Shown: in pieces, positions 1 to 11,243 of the stretch
Numbering within the stretch: position 1 is the stretch's first letter
Layout of the letters: each line of letters starts with the position of its first letter
Origin: Macrostomum lignano
Taxonomy: Eukaryota
Assembly (NCBI GenBank): GCA_002269645.1
Contig: NIVC01002161.1
Coordinates: 1-64,000, forward strand
Length of the DNA stretch: 64,000 nt
Direction: 5' to 3'
The notes under the pieces: generated by a model
What the model was told of the DNA's origin: nothing
The model's input: only the letters and a program-made list of their open reading frames with translations
The model's database searches: none
Translations under genes and position numbers: made by a program

Positions 1-290
1 GGGCGCCAACTACAAGGGGCGCCAGCTACAGAGGGGGCGCCAGCTACAGAGGGGGCGCCAACTACGGAGGGGGCGCCAGCTACAGAGGGGGCGCCAGCTA
101 CAGAGGGAGGCGCCAACTACAGAGGGAGGCGCCAGCTACAGAGGGAGGCGCCAACTACAGAGGGGGCGCCAGCTACAGTGGGGGCGCCAGCTACAGAGGG
201 AGGCGCCAGCTACAGAGGGGGCGCCCAGCTACAGTGGGGGCGCCCAGCTACAGAGGTGCAGACTATAGCAGAGGCCCTAGCGGTTACTGC
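1..290. repeat. GC-rich minisatellite, 18-20 bp unit (GGGGGCGCCAGCTACAGA)
   Basis: Tandem copies read directly; the array runs off the window start. Confidence 0.95.
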
Positions 291-859
291 TACTGGAAGC
301 TGGCTGCAGTGAGTGATGAAGCCTGCTGACAACCGTCTTTAGAAGATACTCAAGTGGTGGAAAATTCCCATGAGTGGGAGTAATCCACGAGGGAAAGTGG
401 TCAAGGAGCAATTTTCACGCTCCCTTTACGCATCTCCACGTTGACCGTATACTCTTGAGACCTGACAGAGTTTCTTGGAAACTACGGAATGCGATTATTT
501 CTTTCGGCTTCAAAAACACAAAACTTTATTTATCCTTCACAAAAGGTTGAGCGTGGCGCAAATACCTGAACCAGGGAACACTAGAGACATGGAAGTGACA
601 TCCCCCAAAAGATGGGGCCCTAGCGGGCCAGCACCAAGCAAAACTGATTCGGTCAAATTTAACCTCGTTTTAATATGCTAAATTAATTATTTGTAATACA
701 CGAGTTGTATTGGAAAATGAGCACTTCAAGTTTTATGCGGCTGGAAAGTTAAAAAAATGATAGTGTATTTAAAAAGTGACTAAGAAACTGTTGTTATTCC
801 TGATTGGATCTTAATTACTGATTTGTAATTTTGCTCCTGCGATCAAGTAACCAGTCTAC

Positions 860-1400
860 TGGTGGCCTGGTACAGACAAAGCGGTTACAAATCATGGAAA
901 GTTCTGTATTCTGTGCCAAGACAGCGCCAAGGCAGGGTCGATCAACTTGGTCAAAGTTGGCAGTTGACATTACTGGGGTCCGTTTTAGTGTGCTCAAAAG
1001 TGGATAACCGAAACATTGGATCGTTTCGGAACCCCTAACACCCTATAGCCATTCTTACAATGGGAGCTGTTTTGTCTCCAGGGGGATGGAAGAATGTTTG
1101 GCTTTAACCAATTCTACCAATTCTAACTCAACAGACCGAGACGGAATGGCACGGTGGAGGTCTTCAACCGAACGCCTAAGAATTCTGTGCAGACATCCGA
1201 GGCAGATAGCAAGAGCTTCAAAGTTGGAATACAGAAAACGATATCCAGCTACCCCACAACACAGAATGAGGATCGGACTCGTCAGGAAAGCTTTTGCTTG
1301 GACGGAACATCCGAAAAAAACTTTCAACCAATCGCTTTACGCGATGTACCGCTTTGTGGCAATAAGCGAGACACGTGTACTAGCGAGACAATGTGCGGAC
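860..1400 (+). mobile_element. Degenerate Ty3/Gypsy LTR-retrotransposon integrase remnant
   Basis: Stop-interrupted translation gives GLVQTKR...FCAK...WSKLAVDITG (zinc-finger end plus first catalytic D), GDGRMF...FYQF, and RPRRNGTVEVFNRTPKNSV (cf. rve consensus PQxNGxVExxNRTxK), then SSYPTT. Confidence 0.6.
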
Positions 1401-2491
1401 TGCTCAACGCCTGGTACGATTGCGACGCCCTCCGTCACTGCGTCGATCTGAGCGACGAAACAATTGGAGTCCTTGACCCAGCGTTGGATCGAGAAAATGT
1501 TTTGTCAGGAAATGTTAATTAGCAATCTGGAGTGGAAACGAGTTTTTCACTTTTACCAGTGACTTCTGCGATATACATTTACCATAGAAAGAAGGGAATG
1601 GAACTCGGTTTTAGTGGTTTTATTGAGTTAGAAATGTGGGGGGCTGGCTGATTTCAATGTTTGTGTGTATTTGTTAGCTGAAAGAGCTTAGTTAGCTCTG
1701 TTCTTCTCCCGCCTGACAGATTCTTGGATTTTTAACCAAGAATTAATTGGTTAAAGAGTTGAGTCAGACAGATCGTCATAGACATTCAATGCTGGCTCTT
1801 AATCGTAACAATTTAAGTGGCCTTCTTAGGTAAAACTCGTTTCCATTTCCAGATTGCCAATTATAGAACTCCTTGGATTGGTCCAGCAGTCTTTGACTGC
1901 AGGACCGGGGGCGAGAGGGATTAGGACACAAGCGTTGCGTTGCGACCGGAGTCCATCGCCATCACAAGAGGTCACACGTGTGAGTTTCACACAGTGCCAA
2001 GTGAACCGAAATAAAATATACAGTACGTCTATACGAATATGTTCGGCCCGTCAAAGACAAACTCACGAACACATCAAACTTCTTTTGTTTAAAGAAGTTA
2101 GCGCTTTCAACTGACTCAATTTTTTTCAAATTTGTCAAAAGCGGTTGTACATGTACTGTTTTGAAACAGCCTGGCCCCATCTTGGGGCGGAGGAGTCGCT
2201 TCCATGCCTCCAGTGCTCTGTCTGAACCTACTAAAAGACTGTTTGCTCTGACAAACTGTTTAAAAAGCATCTTAAGTTGATGAATTTGAAAATGATGAAA
2301 GGAAACTAAAGCTTGACTGTTTGCCAAGTGTCATCATGAGTCATGTCATCGTTTAGAGCTGCAGCCACGTGCTGCAACGCATAAAACGGGTCAGTTTGTT
2401 TAAACAAAAAATCACTTTAAATTTCTGCTAGAAACACATGTACCTCTATCTAGCTACAAAGAAAATCTTGAATCGACTCATAATCATAATC

Positions 2492-2725
2492 ATGAGCAGA
2501 GTGTTAACTATCCTGGTGCTGCTGTGTTTGTGCCTGCTGGTATCTCAGGTGTCAGCTCAGCCATCAGAGAAACCAGGAAATGATGGAGACCTGCAGCAGC
2601 CGACAGCGGAAAAATTGGCAGAGGAATTCGCCGATCTGGACGAGGAGACTGCGGAACTTCCGATGGATCGCAAATGGTTTTTTACTAAGGGTCGTCACTC
2701 TACCTTCCTGCTTCGATTCGGCTGA
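2492..2725 (+). CDS. Neuropeptide precursor ending in ...HSTFLLRF-Gly (LRFamide/FMRFamide-like), 77 aa
   Basis: MSRVLTILVLLCLCLLVSQVSA hydrophobic signal peptide, acidic spacer, basic sites RK and GR, terminal RF-G-stop amidation signature. ATG at 2492 is preferred to the upstream ATG at 2438. TATA-like CATAAAA near 2380. Confidence 0.8.
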   Translation: MSRVLTILVLLCLCLLVSQVSAQPSEKPGNDGDLQQPTAEKLAEEFADLDEETAELPMDRKWFFTKGRHSTFLLRFG

Positions 2726-3449
2726 TTTAGAACTATTAAATACTTGCATTATTGCGTGGACAGCTGCATGCAGGTTCTCGGAAAATATAATGCATGTTTT
2801 ATTACATTTTCAGCGGAACTATATCATTACATCTCATGCAGTTAGAATAAGCGTATTGAACAAGTTAATGGTGTGTGGTTATTAATTTTTTTTCTATTTC
2901 GCGCCATACGCGATTTAGGAATTATATGAATTTTAATATATTGATTAAAATCGATTTAATTTGTTTTAATCTTATAAACGATTATGGTAATTTTGTATGT
3001 TATACCAGTTCAATAATCATTCAATATTAAATAAACAAGTTTAATATTAAGGCCAATGCACAATAGTTAGGTGAATGTTATTATACTATTACATTGATTC
3101 GCTTTGCTGTCCTTGTCAGCACCAAAGTACATAAACGGAATTCGCTTGAATGATTGAAAGTTGATTTTGGTCATGTTACAGACAGAAAGGTTTAATTTTT
3201 GTGTCATATAGCGTATCATGACGCATCAATTTTAATTTTTTTTGCATTCAGTGGAGAATTTAGCCAAATTGTTACACTATTTTCTTAGCTGTATATCAAT
3301 AAATTAAGCTCTTTACTTTCTGTAGCTCATTTAATTTCATTTGATGTATCAATATCTCTTTTGTAAATCAAGTTAGGATTTAAGAAGTTCAATTTACGGT
3401 AGAACTTTCGTATTTAACTTCGAAATTTAACTTGGTGGACTTCAATCAA

Positions 3450-3585
3450 GGGGTTCGTCTGCGATGCAGCGAAGCATGTCTTCTCCACGATTGCATGCCT
3501 CAATCAGTTGTGCACGAACTTCTGGCACCACCTTCTGGTAGGAACCTCTAACGTTTCCAGCTTGAGCCATCTTCTATGGCAAGAA
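3450..3585 (-). mobile_element. Possible Tc1/IS630-like transposase N-terminal fragment
   Basis: Minus-strand translation MAQAGNVRGSYQKVVPEVRAQLIEACNRGEDM resembles the HTH-containing N-termini of Tc1-like transposases; short and truncated. Confidence 0.3.
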
Positions 3586-4077
3586 GTCCTTTATCGATAT
3601 CCTTAATTATTAATTTGACTTCTCTAACGCGTTGAATTTTTTCCATGGCCAAGATTTTTAGCACAGCCATGCACAATACGAAAGTTCTTCCCTAAATTGA
3701 ATTCCTTATCTAATCTTAACTTGATTTACAAAAGCGATATTAATTATTTAGCAATTATTAGGATTATTAGAACATAAGTAAATTCATCACTAGTTGCCCC
3801 GCATGTTAGCTCGATCTGATAAATGTCAAAACCTACCGGACATGTAGTTTATTAAAAATGTATTACTTTCTTTGTTGCGTCCCCAACGGGGGCGAAGATT
3901 GCTAGTCCAGTATACTAAATTCAGTATACTAAAGCTCCAGCTAAAAATGTGCGAGGTGTATACCAGTATATTGAGCGTGCTTTACTAAGATAATTCAAAA
4001 AGTTAATGGTCAGCTTTTTTATATTGTTTCAGCTATTTGTACTTTCCTCTATACTGCTAATACAGTAGTTAAAAACT

Positions 4078-4420
4078 CATCGAGTGGTTGGCCAGGCCGA
4101 GAATTAATTGGACCTCCTTGACAGACTGTGAGTCCTTGACTGCTTGCAGCTCTGCGATTTTCTCCTTTGATAGCTGGATCCCGTATTTGGACAACGTCAT
4201 CGCCATGAACTTGGCATTGCCCCATGCCCCATGTAGTGGCGCATTTCGGCGTTCAGGGTGATACCGTGTTGGCGCAGTCCAATCAGGCAGGCTGAGTCAC
4301 ATGCTTTTGGTGAGCCTCTGGGTCCTGGCTGTGGATGATGATGTTGTCATGGATCCCCTCTGTTGATATCTTTAATAACTGAGGCAGTAGTGTGGAATTG
4401 CAGGAGTGAGAAAAGTGCTC
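4078..4420 (-). mobile_element. Degenerate Gypsy reverse-transcriptase fragment
   Basis: Frameshifted translation IHDNIIIHSQDPEAHQKHV (YxDD box), LRQHGITLNAE, GIQLSKEKIAELQAVKDSQSVKEVQLILGLANH. Confidence 0.65.
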
Positions 4421-4667
4421 ACTTGAGAGCTAGGCTGACAATATTTATTTGTTAGCAATGAGGTGGAGGGTGCAGACAGATACAAGCGCGCATGGGGTGG
4501 GGTGAGTATAATACCATTCAAATCACTAAGTCGGTCAATAAAAATCGGTCGATCTTGCTAGTGAGTCAACAATTCAGTGCACGCAACCTATTGCAAAGTT
4601 CATCGTTGTCACTATGTCACCCTTGACGCAATTTTCGAGTTTGTTGAAGATGTCGCGTCGCTGGTTC

Positions 4668-4848
4668 CCATGTCATTGGTTGCCATGTCACTGGTTGCCA
4701 TGTCACTGGTTGCCATGTCACTGGTTGCCATGTCACTGGTTGCCATGTCACTGGTTGCCATGTCACTGGTTGCCATGTCACTGGTTGCCATGTCACTGGC
4801 TGCCATGTCACTGGTTGCCATGTCACTGGTTGCCATGTCACTGGTTGC
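4668..4848. repeat. 15-bp minisatellite (CCATGTCACTGGTTG) x about 12
   Basis: Near-perfect tandem copies read directly. Confidence 0.95.
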
Positions 4849-5539
4849 CTCCCCGAAGGTTGGTGCCTCAGAGCCGTCTTGTTCAGGTCCTGCAAACCCA
4901 GATGCACCTGTTAAAGATCTATTCCACCCCTATCTTCATTATTCTCGACTCAACCCGCCTGCGTTAGTTTTATAAATAATATACGCTGCATGGACGGCTG
5001 GCTCTCAGGCAGGCTGGTCCTTTCCCTTTTTATATTCAATTCAAAATCATCAGTAATTCAATCGTTAGTTTTTCTACAGTAGGTGAGACAAATAAACTAG
5101 GGATTGCAATCCCGGGATCCCCCCGCGGACACTTTTTGGCCTGACGGGATCCCGGGATCGGAAACTTTTAGATAAAGTGGGTGATCCAGGAAATATCAAA
5201 ATGTTCTTATTTTAAATACATTACACAATGATGGGTTTCGACCTTCGGGCCCCCTTGTGGAGAAGCCTTCGGGCCTCAGGCCTCAGAAATAAATCAATTA
5301 GAGTCCTGGCCCCCCACTCCTGTCAGATGGTCAGCCCCATGGTAGCTTGATCGTGTGGCGAGCAGTCTAGGTCCTATAGCTAAGAGAGGGACAGCGAGAG
5401 ACAAGCAAAGGAGAATTTTAAAGGTAGAGATCAGCTAATCCGCAGATTAACTAACCCGCTGCCACCACCACCAGCCCGTGCGTCCTGGCTCACCAAACCG
5501 GAACTTTCGAAATCGGGCTTCCGACTAGAGGGGGCTTAG

Positions 5540-5720
5540 CACTTACCTGCCAACTAGTGTCTTTTTGCTGTCAATCTCGAAGTCATAGCCGATGATAAGG
5601 GACACTGCTGGGACTAGATCGCATTGGCCATGCAGGTACAGAGGGGACTTGTGCAGGGGATTCTTGCAGTGGCTACATGTACTATTACATTGCTAAATAC
5701 GAGGAATTGTACTTTTGGCC
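5540..5720 (-). mobile_element. Possible Gypsy gag-knuckle/protease remnant, probably the same element as the RT fragment at 4078-4420
   Basis: QCNSTHVA (knuckle-like) followed by LVPAVSLIIGYDFEID (cf. retropepsin IIGxDF), in the same orientation and correct order upstream of the RT fragment. Confidence 0.35.
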
Positions 5721-6289
5721 TTCAACGCGCCAACTAGCCTCTCATAGCGCTGATGATAGACTAACTCGAACTTCAGAGACCGCATGATTCATTACCCGAG
5801 CCGCTTGGCGAACCTAGAGTGCACAAAGTACATCTCTAGCGCCGATTTTGCACTATTGGCAATTTCGCTAACTATTTGATAGATTGATCGATTGAGAATC
5901 GCCTTGCCATTGGTTCACTGTAACCGGCGCCTACTAGCTTAGCTACTCATCTGAGCCATCGGCGAACACAGAAATAAAACCGATAAAAATAACTGTCAGA
6001 TTTAACCTTCTCCTTAAATCACTTCACACTACTAGAGTTTCAGACTACTAGCAGTATTATTGAATGATTTCTGCCTCAGTAACAGCACTACTGAACAAAA
6101 TGAGCAAAAGTGTGCGCCTAATTCAGCTACTGAAACAGGGGACAGATAAGGATCACCCAATCAAGCAAGTCTAGGTAGCCTCTCACCCAACCAATCAGAA
6201 ACTCAACAGCCGGAGACCAGGTAATCCACAGTGACCGAATCGGCTTGATGCTCTGTAGCCGTAGACTCGGGATGATGCTGTCACAGTCT

Positions 6290-6670
6290 TCGCAGATAGC
6301 TAGCAGGTGATGATCTTAAGCTCGTCGATTAATGCCTCAGGCCAGAGTGTACATGCCAGGGTGTACATGCCAGGGTGTACATACCAGAGTGTACATTCCA
6401 GAGTGTACATGCCAGGGTGTACATGCCAGGGTGTACATGCCAGAGTGTACATGCCAGGGTGTACATGCCAGGGTGTACATGCCAGAGTGTACATGCCAGA
6501 GTGTACATGCCAGGGTGTACATGCCAGGGTGTACATGCCAGGGTGTACATGCCAGAGTGTACATGCCAGGGTGTACATGCCAGGGTGTACATGCCAGGTT
6601 GCACATGCCAGACAATTAGAATGTCAGGGCCGCTGTACACCCTGTGTGAGCGAGTGTAAGTACAGCATTG
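6290..6670 (+). mobile_element. SINE body fragment (same family as 54782-55138) with an internal 14-bp motif expanded into a minisatellite (GTGTACATGCCAGG x about 19, 6345-6610)
   Basis: Flanks GCTCGTCGATTAATGCC and CAGGGCCGCTGTACACCCTGTGTGAG match the full SINE, which carries a single GTGTACATGCC at the equivalent position. Confidence 0.65.
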
Positions 6671-7930
6671 GCGCCCCATTTTATTCAAGATAGCCCTCCC
6701 CCACAGCAGGTTTTGCTCCCAATTTCAGTAGTTACATGAGTTTTGCATTTACGAGTATACCATAAAATCCAAGAAACTTTAATCCCCTACTCATGCTAAA
6801 ACCCGATTCAGGTATTATCTATCAACGTGAGCAGCGAATGCATTAACTTAATTCCCATATACCTTCCCAATGACTGTAGGTGATCAGACAAATGAACTCG
6901 ATTTTAAACTGCCGCCATGCATCCCACTTCTCCTACAGGCGCTCTCGCAGCGCGTGATCGACAGATGGCACCGAAGAGCCAATTAAAAGGATCAGTAATG
7001 GATTAGATAAATCCTCTGTAGCTGAGCAGCATCACGGTGTTCAATAAAACTACTCTTCTCCACTTTCCATTTAGATTTTAGACAAGCAAAAGCAATTATG
7101 ATTTGAAAGCTTGCAAAGCAAATTTTAAAAAAAATTATCTTAATCCCATCATAGAGCTAAAATCTATCTATCTGGCTTTTATTGCAATTTAAAGCAGAAA
7201 ATTTCGTGAAATTCTCGACTAAATTTTAGCTATTGTCGCTTTTTTATTGGGCTGAAAAATCTCAAGTCAACCGGCTTAATTTAAGGATATTTATTAAATC
7301 TTTTCGTTTAGAAAATTAGAATTCTATGACTATATGTGTTAATTTTTGTTCTGCGTAAACTTCCAGTACCTAAAAATCATTAAAATGCATGGCACAGCTT
7401 GAATCTTTGGTTTTATGAATCAATTTTATCATCTCCGCTACACATGTTGTTATACAGCCATCTAAGAATGACAAAATAGACACACATATAAAACCAATTT
7501 GAGCTGAGCCGTTGCCATTTTAATGGTTTTTAGGCACAGGACATGTACATACGTAGAATAAAAGTCCTTTTTGGTAGGCTTTTGCCTGATGCTGTACTGA
7601 ATGTGTTAAGCTAGCTCCAAAATATCAAATATCATCTAACGAGCACATTTGATTTGTAAAAATGGCTCACAATTTCTCTTTGAAGAGCAGAGGGGCTTTG
7701 ATAAATCAGGTAGCTACCTGAACAATAAAAGCACTTAAGTCCCTTCTCAGTGCGTTGATTGAATTGAAAATTAATTGCAAAAAAACACTTTTGACTGTTT
7801 GATCTTAACGGTTGCCTAGTAACGCGTAGATATTTCTCGATACATCGAGTTGCCGATAAATAGCAAGGAGTAAAAGAGCCGGCGACAGAAGCACGCGGTC
7901 TGACATGCTCGTGTTCGCCTTGAGACAGAC

Positions 7931-8681
7931 ATGTCTCTGGGAGTCCCGCTAAGTCTGCTGGTCCTGCTACTCGCTGCTCTGCCACCGCTGAGCAACACCT
8001 CCGACTACTTCAGCCTTATCGAAGGCTACCTGTGCATCAGGAGTGAGTTCATTGAAACTGCTCCGGAGGCCGGCTCCGTGACAGCTTGCGCCATTCGATG
8101 CCATTTTAGCCCGCGCTGTCAGGCGTTCAGCCTGGCTGACGGTCCATGCCAGCTGTTCGTGTTCGACAAGTGCAGTAAGTCGGTGAGGAGCTGTGGCTGC
8201 TCCAGGAGAGGCCGGGTGTTTGTGAAGCAGCGGCCGGACTCGAGCTGGGAGCGCTGTGTCCGTCTGGCTACGGAGACGACCTGTGCGGGGTGAAGTACAA
8301 GCTGCTCAGTGAACGGACTTCTGGTGGCCGAGCAGACAAAAGTGCGAGTCGGAGAGCGGTCTGGTGATCATGACCGACGTGATGGACGCCACCGAGATGA
8401 GCCACGTGGAGATGATCTACAGCAAGTACAGCGCTGGATCCACGATGTGGCTTGGAGGCCACCAGTCGGCTGGCAGCACTGAGAAGCGAGGCGGCTGGTA
8501 CTGGGCCAGCTGCAACATCACCCTTGACGACAGCCTGTGGAACGAGGTGGAGCCGAACGACAGTGGACTACAAGGCGAAAATGTGATCGGCCGATTTGTC
8601 CATTGGAACAAGCTGTCCGACTTCTGGGAATCGGTGGACAGATATCGAGTCCTGTGCGAGTGCGCGTCACCGTTTGTTTGA
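7931..8681 (+). pseudogene. Secreted PAN/apple-like + C-type lectin protein; reading frame disrupted at about 8290-8315 (pseudogene or sequence error)
   Basis: Signal peptide; ACAIRC...CQAFSL...CQLF (PAN-like); KYKLLSE / FWWPSRQKCESESGLVIM, WLGG, WYW, WNEVEPND, VLCEC (CTLD with EPN motif). The CTLD start is split across three frames, with TGA at 8291 and 8310. Confidence 0.75.
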
Positions 8682-9603
8682 GCTGTCGAGAAGCCAGTGA
8701 AGTCGCGCAATGATACGGATTTGAAGAAATCTGCAGTTTACTAATTATTAAAATCTTTGAAAGAGAAAACACTAACGTACTGTAAGCTTGTTAATAAGTT
8801 TTATTTTTACCACTAACGGATCAAAACAGCTCTATCGTAGCAGTACTGGAACCGGTTTTTTCTCAGCAAACAGAAAGTATATTACCTGATTCTAAAGTTG
8901 CTCTCTGAGATACATGTAATTAAAAAAGACTCTTGATTTTTGCGACTAAGTTCTGAAAAAATCGATCTTTAAGCTTCACTCGTAAACTTATATTATCAGA
9001 AAAGAATTGCTGAAAATGAAATATCAGAAATTCATAATTTTTATCAGCCTATATTATATCCCTAGGCTTTATTATTACCGGCTGGCCCACCATGCAAATT
9101 TTATCCATTTTTCGTGGTTCGGGGTTGACCCCGATCCTGAACACCTTTCGGGGAACCCGAACACCCCTTCGTGTCTACATGTGTAGTACATGTAATATTT
9201 CTGGAATAGATTTCTGACGAGTTCAAGTCTCTCGTGTCTAATTTCATGCATCAGCAAGAAGGTTGTGCCGGATATTCCAGAAGATCCGACGAGAAAGCGG
9301 TGACTAAGAGAAGCTCCGGGTAATCCCGATCGGACGCATGCAGTGGCCGGATCTTGTTGCTGCTGCTCTTCTTCGAGAAGTAGGCCCTATGGCCCTGAGA
9401 GCGCATGAAGGACCCCCAAGTTGACATCGTCCGATCTGTTTTCAGATGATGTCACTCGACTCATTACCAAATTTCTAAATTTAGTCTAAATTTAATTTCG
9501 CATTGGACAACCGGCCTTACATGTATATTAATTAGTATACATGTAATAATTTAGTATATAGGATTTTGTTGAAGCCCAGCCATCATTTTATTATCGCTGT
9601 CGA

Positions 9604-10608
9604 TCACTGAACAAGGTCGAAGAATTCGCGAATCTCCTGCTCCGTGAGGCTCCCACTGGCGAAGGCCACCACCCTCACGGTGCCCTTGAAGAACTGGTCA
9701 GTCGGTTGGTTAACACGCAGGTACAGGCAGAGGTTGCCGTTCTGCACGGAGCAAAAGTCGTTGTCATCGAACGGCCAAATCATGTTGGGCGGCAGGAAGG
9801 CGTTCATCACAAAGAACTTGTAGGAGCCACCGACTGTGGTGAAGCCAAGATTCAGCCACTCGTTCGGGTCGCCGGACAGCTGGTCGATGGCCGAGTACAA
9901 GTAGGGCTGCGGGCTGCCCGTGATCCGGTTGGCGCGGACATACATCTTCCTGGGCGCATCCCACTCGACCATGTGGATGCCTTTCCAGGAAACCATACTC
10001 GAGTCGTTGCAGGGAAAGAACTCCAGAATTGGCTGAGTCTGGGGCAGGCGCTTGAATCTTATCAGCCAGGTGGCACCGGCGGAGAAGTTCAGGCTGGATC
10101 TGTTCAGCACGGCGTGGGACGAAAGACCGTCGAAAACGGCGCCCTCGCTGGACCACTCAATGTTGAATGGCATCAGCCTGTTGGAGTCCTCGAACGCCTG
10201 GCACACCAGGTTCTCCAATCGAGTCGCGGGGTCGCCCAGCCAAACATTTTTGAGCTTCGGGTTCAGCTGCACCAGGTCGATGGGAAACCTAAAGAACACC
10301 ACACAGTCGGTTGGTTCTCCGGACACAAAATTTTGACAGATGGACTGGTACTTGAAGACGCAGCAGGTGAGAGTGGCCTTGTTGAACTGCGCCACCAGAA
10401 CACCAGTGTTGGCCTCCTCCGAGGCGATGATGGCTCAGTGAGTCTCCGAGTAGACGGTGAGGCGAGCGATGGCGGACGGCGAATCGCCCGGGGCGCAGAG
10501 CACATCGGCTTGCCGAAAAACCTGACCGCTGGTTTGAGCCTCGCACCTGGCCAGAGTCACCAGGTTCACAGCAGTGACTGCCAGTAGCCACAGCCTGGCC
10601 GGAGGCAT
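9604..10608 (-). CDS. Secreted PAN-like + LamG/concanavalin-A-like domain protein (334 codons) with an in-frame TGA at codon 58 (10437-10435)
   Basis: ATG at 10608 just after a CAG acceptor; signal peptide MPPARLWLLAVTAVNLVTLARC. ORFs 10435..11283 and 9604..10395 are in the same frame, separated only by this TGA. C-terminal WLNLGFT...YKFFV...FFKGTVRVV...LTEQEI pattern is LamG/pentraxin-like. Confidence 0.7.
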
Positions 10609-10621
10609 GACTGTAAGGAGC

Positions 10622-11243
<622 letters not shown>

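Noticed and set aside
5095-5165. TAGGGATTGCAATCCCGGGATCCC hAT-like terminus
   Set aside because: No matching opposite end found; too short to call an element.
9075-9420. Short ORF and CpG-rich block between the two lectin-like genes
   Set aside because: No recognisable domain; probably a repeat fragment.
9415-9460. SECIS element for the UGA-containing gene
   Set aside because: The hairpin lacks a clear AUGA/GA quartet with an 11-12 bp helix II and lies past a likely polyA signal; not accepted without a covariance-model hit.
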